Shown here piece after piece: positions 40,264-50,218 of a stretch of DNA of 64,000 nt; the stretch's first letter is position 1; every line of letters begins with the position of its first letter. The notes under the pieces are model-generated. The model was not told the origin of the DNA, ran no database searches, and was given only the letters and a program-made list of their open reading frames with translations. Position numbers and translations under genes: made by a program. The stretch comes from an uncultured Planctomycetaceae bacterium (GTDB lineage: Bacteria; Planctomycetota; Planctomycetia; Isosphaerales; Isosphaeraceae), in the NCBI GenBank assembly GCA_963833985.1, contig CAWIAD010000001.1:1312001-1376000 (forward strand), written 5' to 3'.

Positions 40264-40917
40264 GTGGAGACGATCCGCGTCCTGATCGCCGACGACCACA
40301 CGCTCGTCCGCGCCGGCATCCGTGCCCTGCTCCAGGGACTGGACGGGGTCGAGGTCGTCGCCGAGGCGGGCGACGGCCGCGAGGCCATGGCCCTCGCGCA
40401 GGTGCATCGACCCGACGTCCTCGTGACCGACATCGCCATGCCGCACGTCAGCGGGCTGGAGCTGGCTAGCCGCGTGGCCCGCGAGCTGCCGGAGGCTCGC
40501 GTGATCATCCTGAGCATGCACGGCAACGAGGAATACGCGAGCCGGGCGCTTCAGGCCGGCGCGGCGGGCTACCTTCTGAAGGACTCGGGACTCGCCGAGC
40601 TGGAGATTGCGGTCCGAGCCGTGGCGCGGGGCGAGACCTATCTCAGCCCGGCCGTCTCCAAGCACGTCATCGCCGACTACCTCCGGCGCACGGGAGGAGC
40701 GCAGGCGGAGTCGGGATCGCTGACGCCCCGGCAGCGCCAGGTGCTCCGGCTGATCGCGGAGGGGAAGACGACGAAGGCGATTGCCCGGCTCCTCGGGGTG
40801 AGCGTCAAGACAGTCGAGACCCACCGGGCCCTGCTCATGGACCGGCTCAACATCCACGACCTGGCCGGGCTGGTCCGCTACGCCATCCGGATCGGGCTCG
40901 TCGAGGCAGGCGGCTGA
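40264..40917 (+). CDS. NarL/FixJ family response regulator
   Basis: IADDH, DIAMP receiver; LTPRQRQVL...SVKTVETHR LuxR HTH. Confidence 0.95.
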   Translation: METIRVLIADDHTLVRAGIRALLQGLDGVEVVAEAGDGREAMALAQVHRPDVLVTDIAMPHVSGLELASRVARELPEARVIILSMHGNEEYASRALQAGAAGYLLKDSGLAELEIAVRAVARGETYLSPAVSKHVIADYLRRTGGAQAESGSLTPRQRQVLRLIAEGKTTKAIARLLGVSVKTVETHRALLMDRLNIHDLAGLVRYAIRIGLVEAGG

Positions 40918-41181
40918 CGCCGCGTTCTCGGGTTTGACCCCGAGGCGTATCGGGGGAACCCCGGTCCGCACGCCCGGGGTAAGACCCGATGGCCGGGGCA
41001 GGCCCCGCGATCGACACTGAGAGCAGTCCGAGCGGGCGCGGCTGCCGCGATGTCGCGGGAGCCATCAGGCTACGATCGCCTGCGCCCGACTCGGCGACGG
41101 GCGACCACGACCCCTGGCCGGGATCGACCCACGGCGGCTGGACTGCCACCCCGCGTCGGATGCTACACGGAGTCAGTCGCG

Positions 41182-41451
41182 ATGAAGAGATCGTTGATGG
41201 AACCCAGGACCTTCCGCACCGACAGCCCGTCCGCCGACGAGGACCACCGGGTGCTCCTCGCCCTCCTTGGCCGCGTGCTCACCCGGATCGGCCAGGGCGA
41301 CGGCGGGCCGCCCATCCTCCCGGGGGGCCTGCCAGCCCGGTGGGACGACGAGGCGTACGTCTACCTCGAGGCCGTCCTCACCAAGCCCATTGAGTTCGGG
41401 GCCGACATCACGGTCCACGACGGTCGCGTCTTCATCCGGCTGGAGAAATGA
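41182..41451 (+). CDS. Small hypothetical protein
   Basis: About 89 aa, coding-like codon use, ATGA overlap with the HD-GYP gene. Confidence 0.6.
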   Translation: MKRSLMEPRTFRTDSPSADEDHRVLLALLGRVLTRIGQGDGGPPILPGGLPARWDDEAYVYLEAVLTKPIEFGADITVHDGRVFIRLEK

Positions 41452-43769
41452 TGGCGACCAGCGGAATCCCTGGGCTCCCGGACGGCCCCGCCCGGGAAGG
41501 CCGGGAGGCGGTGCGAGACCCCTTCGATGTGCTCGACTCGCTGGCGGCGAGCATCGCCATCATCGACGAGGCCGGGACCATCCTCGCGGTCAACCGGGCC
41601 TGGCGCCGTTTCGCCGCGGCGAACGCGCCCGCCGGCGCCCGCGTCGCCGAGGGTACCAACTATCTCCGCGCCTGCGACGAGGCGGAGGGCGAGGACGCCG
41701 AGGTCGCGGCGGCCTTCGCCCAGGGCATCTGCGATGTGCTCGCCGGTCGCCGCGCCGAGTTCGCCCGCGAGTACCCCTGCCACGGCCCGGGCTGTCGGCG
41801 CTGGTTTATCGGCCGCGTGACGCGCCTCGGGGACGGGCCCCGCCGGGCGCTTCTCGCCCACGAGGACATCACCGAGCGGAAGCTCATGGAGGAGTCCCTC
41901 GCCCGGAGCGAGGCACGATTGCGGACCGTCCTGGACCACGTCCATGCGGCGATTTTCCTCAAGGACCTGGAAGGACGCTACCTGCTGGTCAACCGCTTGT
42001 TCGCCGAGCTATTCGACGTGGGTGAAGAGTGGGTCATCGGCAAGTCCGACCGCGACTTCCTCCCGGCCGGAATCGCCGACCGCTTCCGCGCGAACGATCG
42101 GCAGGCGCTCGAGGCGCTCGCCCCGACCGAATTCGAGGAGGTCGTCACGCACGCCGACGGCCCCCGCACGTCGCTCGTCATCAAGGTCCCCCTGCGCGGC
42201 GCCGACGGGGCCCCCTTCGCCGTCTGCGGAATCGCCACCGACATCACCGAGCGGAAGAAGACGGAACTGGCGCTGCGCGAGAGCGAGTCGGTCCTGCGGA
42301 GCTTCTATGACGGAGTCCCTGTGGCGCTGGCCGTCGCCGAGGTGGACGACGAGGATGTCAGGGTCATCTCGGCCAACGCGACCATGGCCCGGCTGCTGGG
42401 GTGCCCCGCCAGCGAGACCCCGGATCACCAGGTCGCCGGGCTGGAGATCCCCGATGAGCACCGGCGCCGTTGGCTCGCCGCCCATCAGGAGGCGTCGTGT
42501 ACGGGCCGGCCGGCCAGGTTCGAACTCGTCTGGGCGACGCGCGAGGGCCGCGGCTGGTTCGCCGCCATGGTCAATCCGATCGCGGTCGAGCCGGGGGCGC
42601 GGCCGCGATTCTGGGTCACGATCGAGAATATCACCGAGCGCAAGGAATCCGAGCGGGAGATTTTCGTCCTGAACGCCGAGCTCGAGGAGAGGCTCGAGCG
42701 GATCACCTCGCTCCGCGAGATCGACCAGGCGATCACCGGCAGCCTCGACCTGCCACTCACCCTGGGGATTGTCGTCGACCAGGTCCGCTCCCGGCTCGAG
42801 GTCGACGCCGCGGGCATCCTGCTCCGCAGCCCGCAGGCACCGGCCTTCGAGTATGCCGTCCGCAAGGGTTATCGCGCCGGGCCGGAGCATGGGCCGGCGC
42901 AGCGGCTCGACGAGGGACCGGCCGGCCGCGCGGTCCTGGAATGCCGGACTCAACGTGCCGCCGCCCTCTCCGACATCCCATCACGGCTGGTGAGGGGCGA
43001 GGGGTTCGTCGCCTACTGGGCCGTACCGCTTGTGGTCAAGGGCGAGTCCCGGGGGGTGCTGGAGGTCGGCCACCGCTCCCAGCTCGACCCAGAGCCCGAG
43101 TGGCTGGAATATATCGAGGCCCTGGCCCGCCAGGCGGCCATCGCCGTTGACAACGCCGGGCTGCTGGCGTGCCTGCGCCGGTCCAACCTCGAGCTGTCTC
43201 TGGCGTATGACGCCACCATCGAGGGGTGGTCGCGGGCGATGGACCTGCGCGATCACGACACCGAGGGGCACAGCCGACGCGTCACCGAGATGACCCTCCG
43301 GCTGTGCCGCGCCCTGGGCATGAGCGACGACGAGCTGGTCCACATCCGTCGCGGGGCCCTGCTCCACGACATTGGCAAGATCGGCATCCCCGACGCCATC
43401 CTGCTCAAGCCCTCGGAGCTGTCGGACGATGAGCGTGCCGTCATCCGGCGGCACCCTCGCTACGCGCTGGAGATGCTCTCGCCGATCGCTTTCCTCCGCC
43501 CGGCCCTGGCCATCCCGCACTGCCACCACGAGCGCTGGGACGGGGCCGGCTACCCGAACGGCCTCCGCGGCGAGGAGATCCCTCTGGCGGCGAGGGCCTT
43601 CGCCGCCGTGGACATCTGGGACGCCCTCCGCTCCGACCGGCCCTACCGCCCGGGCTGGCCCATGGGACGCATTCTCGAGCACCTCCGGTCACTCGCGGGG
43701 ACCCACCTGGACCCTCACGTCGTGGAGACCTTCCTGGCAACCCTCAGCGCGGAGCCGACCGGCCCATGA
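41448..43769 (+). CDS. PAS-PAS-PAS-GAF-HD-GYP cyclic dinucleotide phosphodiesterase
   Basis: TEGHSRRV, LLHDIGKIGIPD, HHERWDGAGYP, RPYR. Confidence 0.93.
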   Translation: MMATSGIPGLPDGPAREGREAVRDPFDVLDSLAASIAIIDEAGTILAVNRAWRRFAAANAPAGARVAEGTNYLRACDEAEGEDAEVAAAFAQGICDVLAGRRAEFAREYPCHGPGCRRWFIGRVTRLGDGPRRALLAHEDITERKLMEESLARSEARLRTVLDHVHAAIFLKDLEGRYLLVNRLFAELFDVGEEWVIGKSDRDFLPAGIADRFRANDRQALEALAPTEFEEVVTHADGPRTSLVIKVPLRGADGAPFAVCGIATDITERKKTELALRESESVLRSFYDGVPVALAVAEVDDEDVRVISANATMARLLGCPASETPDHQVAGLEIPDEHRRRWLAAHQEASCTGRPARFELVWATREGRGWFAAMVNPIAVEPGARPRFWVTIENITERKESEREIFVLNAELEERLERITSLREIDQAITGSLDLPLTLGIVVDQVRSRLEVDAAGILLRSPQAPAFEYAVRKGYRAGPEHGPAQRLDEGPAGRAVLECRTQRAAALSDIPSRLVRGEGFVAYWAVPLVVKGESRGVLEVGHRSQLDPEPEWLEYIEALARQAAIAVDNAGLLACLRRSNLELSLAYDATIEGWSRAMDLRDHDTEGHSRRVTEMTLRLCRALGMSDDELVHIRRGALLHDIGKIGIPDAILLKPSELSDDERAVIRRHPRYALEMLSPIAFLRPALAIPHCHHERWDGAGYPNGLRGEEIPLAARAFAAVDIWDALRSDRPYRPGWPMGRILEHLRSLAGTHLDPHVVETFLATLSAEPTGP

Positions 43770-44100
43770 TGAGTCAGGCGCGCCCCTGCGAGCGGGTCCC
43801 CTTCTTCGCGCGGGTGACCATCACGCCGTCGGGTGGAGTGCCCCCGTTCGAGGCCCACAGCTTCAACATCCGCCTCGCCAGCGTCGGCCTGACCTCGCCG
43901 CGGGTCCTGGCAGCCGGCCAGTTCGTCTCCCGCGCGTTCCACCTCCCCGACGGCCAGGGCGGCCAGGTCACCGGGATGCCGGCCGGGCGGATCGTCCACT
44001 CGAGGGCGCGACCCCCATCGCGATCCAGCTCCTTGCCCCGCCAGACGACCGCTCGACCGCCGTGCTGGCGAGGAAGATATCGAGATGTCAGAGCGGGTGG
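43766..44100 (+). pseudogene. Degenerate PilZ-like domain gene
   Basis: RPCERVPF (RxxxR) and NIRLASVG (eroded D/NxSxxG); C-terminal strand IAIQLL lies in another frame. Confidence 0.5.
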
Positions 44101-44132
44101 GGGGGAGGCGGACCATTGCCCCCCTGCCTGCG

Positions 44133-45782
44133 TCACATCTCCTTCAGATATTCGTGCACGAACAGGACCGCCATCGACCCCTCGCCGACGGCCGAGGCGA
44201 CGCGCTTGGCCGAGCCGGACCGGACGTCCCCCGCGGCGAAGACCCCGGGGCGGCTGGTCTCCAGCAGGTGCGGCTGCCGGCGCGCCGTCCACGCCTCGGA
44301 ATTCTCCAGGGAGGCCCCGGTCCGCACGAATCCCTTCTCGTCCTTCTCGATCTCCGGGGGGAGCCAGTCGGTCCGCGGCGTCGCGCCAATGAAGCTGAAC
44401 AGGGCGGGGGTCTTGATCGTCCGCGCCTCGCCCGTCTTGTTGTTGACGGCCTCGACCTCGCGGAGGCAGCGTTCCCCGGACATCCGCAGTACCTCGGTGT
44501 CGAGGAGCACTTCGATGTTGGGGGTCTCCTCGATCCGCTTCGCGAGGTAGCTCGACATGTGCTCGTAAAGGTTCCTGCCGCGGACCACCAGGTACACCTT
44601 GCGGACCTGCCCGGAGAGGAAGACGGTGGCCTGGCCGGCGGAGTTACCACCGCCGACGACTACGACGTCCGAGCCCTTGCAGAGCTGCGCCTCGACGGGG
44701 GTCGCGGCGTAATAGACGCCGCACCCTTCGAACCGTTCGCACCCCTCGACGCCCAGGAGGCGATAGTCGGCCCCGGTGGCGATCAGCAGGCACTTGGCCG
44801 AGACCGTCTCGCCGTTGTCCAGGTGCAGCACCGCATACTTGTTGTCGAACGACAGCCCCGTGACCTGCGAGGCGACGGGAAGGTGCGCCCCGAACTTGTT
44901 GGCCTGCACGACGGCGTTCTCGGCAAGTTCACGGCCGGTGATGCCGGTGGGGAAGCCGAGGTAGTTCTCGATCCGCATGCTGCGACCGGCCTGGCCCCCG
45001 GGCGCGTCCCGCTCCAGCACGACCGTGTTCAGCCCCTCGGAGGCGCCGTAGACGGCCGCGGCCAGCCCCGCCGGGCCTGCCCCCACCACGACCAGGTCGT
45101 ACACTGTTTGCTCGAGCGGCCGGCGAAGGGCCAGGGCATTCGCCAGCTCCTCCTTCGAGGGGTTGCGCAGGGTCAGCTTGTGGCCCCAGGTGACCACGGG
45201 CGTGTCGCCCTCGGTGAGCCCGGCCTGCTCGAGAAACTGCTTGACCTGCGGGTCGTCCTCCAGGTCCATCCAGGTAAACGGCACCAGGTTCTTGGCCAGG
45301 AACTCGCGAACGCGAAGGGTGTCCTTCGAATAGCGCGAGCCGATCACGCGCAGGCCCGTGAAGTCCCCCATCTCGTGGAGGAGGTGGCGTCGGGCCATGA
45401 AGGCCCGGAGGATGAGGTCGCCCACGTTCGGGTGGACGTTCATGAGTTCACGCAGGGCGTCGTTCGAGACCTCGAAGACGTCGCTCTCTCCCCGGGCGAC
45501 GCCGCTGAAGATCGCCGGGCCCCCGGTCAACTGGGCCACCTCGCCGGTGAACTCCCCGGGCCGAAGGGTCGCGACGACCTTCGGCTCATCGCCGGCGTCG
45601 TCGATGATCTCGACAGCGCCGGTCTTGACGACGTAGAAGTTGCAGTCGCATTGCCCGGCTTCGAAGAGCTTCTCCCCGTCGCGATAATGCTCGAGCTGCG
45701 ACAGCGGGCAGCCATCCAGCGCGGCGAGCTGGGCGTTGTCGAGCCTGGGGAATGCGGAGGCGTGCAGGTCCTGATCGAGCAT
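44133..45782 (-). CDS. cNMP-binding domain + thioredoxin-reductase-like FAD oxidoreductase
   Basis: N-terminal CAP-type domain (GEFTGE), GAGPAG, IENYLGFP, GGGNSAGQ, GVFAAGDVR. Confidence 0.9.
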   Translation of the reverse strand: MLDQDLHASAFPRLDNAQLAALDGCPLSQLEHYRDGEKLFEAGQCDCNFYVVKTGAVEIIDDAGDEPKVVATLRPGEFTGEVAQLTGGPAIFSGVARGESDVFEVSNDALRELMNVHPNVGDLILRAFMARRHLLHEMGDFTGLRVIGSRYSKDTLRVREFLAKNLVPFTWMDLEDDPQVKQFLEQAGLTEGDTPVVTWGHKLTLRNPSKEELANALALRRPLEQTVYDLVVVGAGPAGLAAAVYGASEGLNTVVLERDAPGGQAGRSMRIENYLGFPTGITGRELAENAVVQANKFGAHLPVASQVTGLSFDNKYAVLHLDNGETVSAKCLLIATGADYRLLGVEGCERFEGCGVYYAATPVEAQLCKGSDVVVVGGGNSAGQATVFLSGQVRKVYLVVRGRNLYEHMSSYLAKRIEETPNIEVLLDTEVLRMSGERCLREVEAVNNKTGEARTIKTPALFSFIGATPRTDWLPPEIEKDEKGFVRTGASLENSEAWTARRQPHLLETSRPGVFAAGDVRSGSAKRVASAVGEGSMAVLFVHEYLKEM

Positions 45783-45815
45783 GTCTCGGGCTCCTCCGGT
45801 CCGATGCGGTCCGCT

Positions 45816-46109
45816 TCAGTCACGCAGGACCGGCAGGATATGTTCCGGCACCGGCAACACCGTCTCGTCGACGTAACACCAGGCCCAACGCTCGCCGGGC
45901 TCGTAGGACGCCACCACGGGGTGGCTCGTGTGGTGGAAATGTTTCGTCGCGTGCCGTCCCGGTGAGCTGTCGCAGCAGCCGACGTGGCCGCAGTTCAGGC
46001 AGAGCCGCAGGTGGACCCGGCGCAGTCCCGTCTTGAGACACTCCTCGCAGCCCGGGGTCCGCGCGGGGATTGGCCTGGCCTCGAACAGGTGCTCGCACAC
46101 CATAGCCAT
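45816..46109 (-). CDS. UBP-type zinc finger protein
   Basis: CEH...CEEC...HLRLCLNCGHVGCCDSS...HATKH...WAWCYVD. Confidence 0.9.
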   Translation of the reverse strand: MAMVCEHLFEARPIPARTPGCEECLKTGLRRVHLRLCLNCGHVGCCDSSPGRHATKHFHHTSHPVVASYEPGERWAWCYVDETVLPVPEHILPVLRD

Positions 46110-46539
46110 GTTCAAATCTCCTGGAGAAGGCTCATCTGCCGCGTCACTCGCATCCACATCGGCCCGATCGGCCGTCGGGCTCTGAATGGATCATCGCACG
46201 GCAGTCAGCGTTCGGAGGGCATCGAAAGCGATGCCCCGGATGGCCTGGTGAATCGGGCCGGGTCCGACAGCGTGATGATGTGCCCGTTCACCGGTCAGGA
46301 CAATTGGCCCCTCAAGAGATGTAGATTATGCTGATCGAGACTTCCGGTCAACCCGGGCGATTGACGACTTCACCCCGCGGGGATCCGGGCTTTCGACTCG
46401 GCCGGGCGTTTCTCGCGCCGCCGCTTGCGCGCTCGGGCGGCCGCATTTGCCTCATCACCGCGGTACTGCGGCAAGTGTTCGGGATGCGCGGCGATCCGGC
46501 TGCCGGGCAAGAGCGACCTCAGGTCCACGCCAGCCGAGG

Positions 46540-46798
46540 GCAGCGCGATCAGCAACTGACGGTAGACGCCAACCCCGACTCGTTGGAACGTCTGCTTCGA
46601 GACCACTGGGCCGCGGCGCATCCCGAGCAAGTTCTGAATCCTCGCCTCGACGAATCCCGAGAGAAGACCCGGCGGCGCGATCAGCGCCGGGCAGAACGGC
46701 ACCGCTTGAAGTAGAGCACGCAAGACGACGAGGTTACGGTCCTGGCAGCCGCCATCCCGCCGCCCCCCCGCGCGGCTACCGGGTAATCCCGCGCTTAC
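46540..46798 (+). mobile_element. IS66-like element remnant (TnpC C-terminus and right end)
   Basis: LERLLRDHWAAAHPEQVL resembles the LLP..W end of IS66 TnpC; the segment ends in CGCTTAC (46792-46798), the reverse complement of the GTAAGCG IS66 terminus. Confidence 0.55.
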
Positions 46799-46915
46799 GG
46801 AGCAAGGCGGCGTGTTGCTCCAGGACCGCGCGGAGTTGTGCCTGGCAGGTCGGCAGGTCGCCAGGGATAGGGGGTGAGTGCAACGCCAGGATGGCTAAGT
46901 TTGAGGCGGCCCGCC

Positions 46916-47614
46916 TCAATCGTCTACTTCGAGGATGTCCTCACCAATTGCGGTGTGAGGGTTGCGGCGGTTATAGATCTGCCGGATCAGGTCGAAGTAT
47001 TCCGCTTCGGTCACCTGTTTGTTGGAGATCGTGTCAATGAGGCGTATCCAGGGAGTCACGGCGGGGTCGTGCGTGACGGGCTGAAATAGCATCATGGTCA
47101 CGTTTTCGAATTTCTCGCCCGGATCCGTGTACTCTTGCCTTCCGCTGATCGTGGCCAGCAGCTTTCGGGCACGATCAAAAGTCGAGACCTTGCGGCCCGG
47201 CGTCACATCCTCGTTCGCCGCGTTCGGGAAACAGAAGAGCGCACAGACGACCGAATAAGGGAAACGAAGGTGAAGCGTGATCCCTTCCGGGCAAAGATCG
47301 TAGAAGCGATTCTTCAGGTTCTTGCCGTAAGGCTCGGACGTGATGGTCTTGATCGAAACGGCGAGGATGAGGCCGTGCTGCTCGTCAGCGTAGCTCACGT
47401 CGACCCGCTTGGGGCCAAGCCCACCCTGAAAAGCCTTCTCCCCGGCACCGCCTATGGGGGGCTTCACGTTTGCAAATCCAATCTCGCGCAGGCCAGTTGC
47501 AACCGCCTGCGCGAGTTTTTGGGAAAGCACTTCGGAGTAGCGTTTCTTCGATGGTTCTCCAATAAAGCCGGCCGCAGTCACGGCATCAAGCAGCCCCATT
47601 TGCTGATTCTCCAT
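46916..47614 (-). CDS. Putative type II restriction endonuclease (PD-(D/E)XK fold, SxK variant)
   Basis: 232 aa, KRVDVSY...LAVSIKT...KNLKNRF..LCPE; overlaps an adenine MTase by 29 bp. Confidence 0.65.
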   Translation of the reverse strand: MENQQMGLLDAVTAAGFIGEPSKKRYSEVLSQKLAQAVATGLREIGFANVKPPIGGAGEKAFQGGLGPKRVDVSYADEQHGLILAVSIKTITSEPYGKNLKNRFYDLCPEGITLHLRFPYSVVCALFCFPNAANEDVTPGRKVSTFDRARKLLATISGRQEYTDPGEKFENVTMMLFQPVTHDPAVTPWIRLIDTISNKQVTEAEYFDLIRQIYNRRNPHTAIGEDILEVDD

Positions 47615-49292
47615 AACCGCGACGGGCTGTCAGCGAGACAGCGGCCTCTCGCAGCAACCGGCATTCCGCTCTGGAAAGCCCCATCATCTCTTGCAGGACT
47701 GCCTGGTCGGCTCGTCCGCGCGCAGCCTCATCACCGGTCTTCCGAGCGAGATCATCCAGTTCCGATGAAAGTTCGAGCAGTCTGGGGATTCCTTGCTTGT
47801 CCAGGAAAGGCACGAGGACATTTTCCGCCTCCGTCGGCTCGAGTTTCAGCATGCCTCCGCCGAGGGCATGTCCCTCGATCTCGGCGCTCAGGCGCGTGAG
47901 AGACGTCTGCCAGAGCGCCGCGAGTGCATTGCTGGGCATCTGGGCCAGCGGATGAATACGGAGAATGTGCAGACTGTTCGGAGCGAATGCTCCGGCATCG
48001 TTCGCGACAAGCCGAGGCATGGCCCCACTCATGTAGGTCAGGAAGGCGTCCGGCATATGGACGCCAGGTACGCAATACCACGGAAAGCGCATGCGGCATT
48101 TGTAGCCTCGCTGAATATCCTGCGCTTCACCTTGATCGAGGTATTTGCGAATTGTCGTGGGGATCGCCTGATTCTTACGGAGATGCAGCAGGAATCCCGC
48201 CTCACCGGTTTCGGCGGCCCGATGCCAATCTGATGACGTGAAGCGCAGGCCGGACAGGGCTCTACCCCTGCGGATCGCTTGCTTGAGGTATTCCATCGGC
48301 ATGCGATGTTGCTCGGCCTGGCGCGGGCTCAGATGGAAGTAGTCATTGGCCCCGGTCACGTAGCCGATTCCAACGTCAGCCACAGCGCCGAGCCGCTGGG
48401 CACGCCCTGACCCCACGAGATCGTGGTAAAGACCTCGTGCTTTCTCTGGGATAAAGTACTCGATGAGGCGAGCGTCCCCGGACGCCACCGCCACCGCGTC
48501 CAGCGTGTGGACGTTGGCCAGCGGCCAGCCGTCTTTCTCTCTCAGCTCGGCGAGTTCCTTCGGATGCGCGACGTCTCGCCAGAAGAATGTCGCGGGTGCG
48601 GATCCGTGGTCGCTCGCCAGTAAGAGCACCGTATCCTCGCTCAGGTCGGGAAAGAGCTTTTCCCGGAATGTAAGAAAAGTCGCGGAGCCAAACGATTGCC
48701 GAATATGTTCAAGCAATGGCTTTGCGTACTGCGCGTGGCCCACCTCCCTCGGCAAGACCATCGCCAGGCATCCGCCCGGGCGCAACATGGCCATCGAATG
48801 GACGAGGAATGGCGCCCATGAGCTGCAAAGCTCGGGCAAGCGGATCCCCTGGTCCAGGCAGCGAGCGAGCGCCCGTTTTCGCATGGCACCCGTGAATCGT
48901 TGGTAGCGGATAAATGGCGGATTACCTATCACCACATCGACCCGCAGGCGAGGCGGATCGATACTGAAGAAATCGGCGAGGATGAGATTGTTTCGATCGA
49001 TCGCGCACTCGACTGTGAGGAGATCGGACGTGCGATGGAATACGGCGGAATCAATCTCCGCACCATAAACCTGCTTTTCCGGCCTGCCTCCGAGCTTTAT
49101 CAGGCGATTGCTTGCTGATCGAAGGAAAACGCCCTCCCCGAAAGAGGGATCGAGGATCGTCTGAACGGGAGAACGTATTCCCCACCAGGCCAGGAAATCG
49201 GCGGCCCCTACATCTGTATAGTAGGCACCCATGGATTTGGTGCCGAGTACGTCCAGTCGATGGTCCAGAAAGCGACTTGAATCGGTCGGCAT
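47586..49292 (-). CDS. N6-adenine DNA methyltransferase (gamma class, TaqI/Eco57I-like)
   Basis: GAYYT, ILDPSFGEGVFL SAM motif before VIGNPPFIRYQ, VTGANDYF, GGGMLKLEP. Confidence 0.9.
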   Translation of the reverse strand: MPTDSSRFLDHRLDVLGTKSMGAYYTDVGAADFLAWWGIRSPVQTILDPSFGEGVFLRSASNRLIKLGGRPEKQVYGAEIDSAVFHRTSDLLTVECAIDRNNLILADFFSIDPPRLRVDVVIGNPPFIRYQRFTGAMRKRALARCLDQGIRLPELCSSWAPFLVHSMAMLRPGGCLAMVLPREVGHAQYAKPLLEHIRQSFGSATFLTFREKLFPDLSEDTVLLLASDHGSAPATFFWRDVAHPKELAELREKDGWPLANVHTLDAVAVASGDARLIEYFIPEKARGLYHDLVGSGRAQRLGAVADVGIGYVTGANDYFHLSPRQAEQHRMPMEYLKQAIRRGRALSGLRFTSSDWHRAAETGEAGFLLHLRKNQAIPTTIRKYLDQGEAQDIQRGYKCRMRFPWYCVPGVHMPDAFLTYMSGAMPRLVANDAGAFAPNSLHILRIHPLAQMPSNALAALWQTSLTRLSAEIEGHALGGGMLKLEPTEAENVLVPFLDKQGIPRLLELSSELDDLARKTGDEAARGRADQAVLQEMMGLSRAECRLLREAAVSLTARRGYGESANGAA

Positions 49293-49540
49293 GGGTTAAC
49301 CTACTGCCTATATGTTTAGTCCGACTTCACTATACTACGGGCGAAGGGATCAAGGCAATAGGGGCTTCATCCTTTATGTAAACCATACGCTCGTATTGAG
49401 TTATGGCGTGTTGGCGTGGAGGTCACGAAAGTTCAATAATGGCCACAACCTGCCGATTCACCCAACGCCAGCTCACCTCGTGCAGACGATATAGACAGGA
49501 CGGGCCTCATGTGCAGCTTCATCGATTTGACGTAAGCTAT

Positions 49541-49625
49541 TACCGGCGGTGGGATTCGAACCCACACGGGGGTTCCCCCCCAGAGGATTTTAAGTCCTCA
49601 GCGTCTGCCATTCCGCCACGCCGGC
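49541..49625 (-). tRNA. tRNA-Leu(TAA)
   Basis: GCCGGCG acceptor, GAGGA-CT-TAA-AA-TCCTC anticodon arm, long variable arm, GGTTCGAATCC; 85 nt. Confidence 0.95.
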
Positions 49626-50218
49626 AACTCACCAGGTCTTGCCGCGCATCCGGCCATCGACTGTACCATCCCCGTGGCATGTGTCACGAGCTTGACCCGC
49701 AGCTCACCGTCCCCTCTGATCTGCGGCCTGTGCACCTTGACCGTGAATGAGCGTCCCATCCGCCCAGGCGCGTCCAGTTCCGCACGCCTTCCGGGCAGGT
49801 AACCCATGGTGCGATGGTTGTCGGGCCCGCGCCTTAACCTTCTTTTCCCGCAAAGATGGAGGAAATTCTACCACGCTGTCATGATCTCTCTTGAGCGAGC
49901 CCTCATTCTGTGCTAAGTTAAGCTCAGTCAGGTCTGACATGGCTGCCGGGCTCGGGTTGACGGTTCATTGTGGAATGACGGCACATTCCGCGATCGGGAC
50001 TGGGTCTGTACCGAGCCGCTCGAGAAGGACCTCGACCACTTTTCCCCAGAAGTCTGACTTCGCGCCGCCTTTCGTCCTGCCCAGAGCATGATAGACCGAA
50101 CCATCCAGACCCGGTAATCGCGATCGCAACCTTACTCCAGAGTCCGGATCCATTCGCGCGGCCTGGGCAGGCTCGTCCCGGCTGAGGTGGGTCCGGCACC
50201 CCGAGATGGAGCTGCCTC

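Noticed and set aside
46870..46900. attC half-site after the REase (gtgcaacgccaggatggc)
   Set aside because: No GTT core and no partner arm; better explained as transposase-like remnant sequence.
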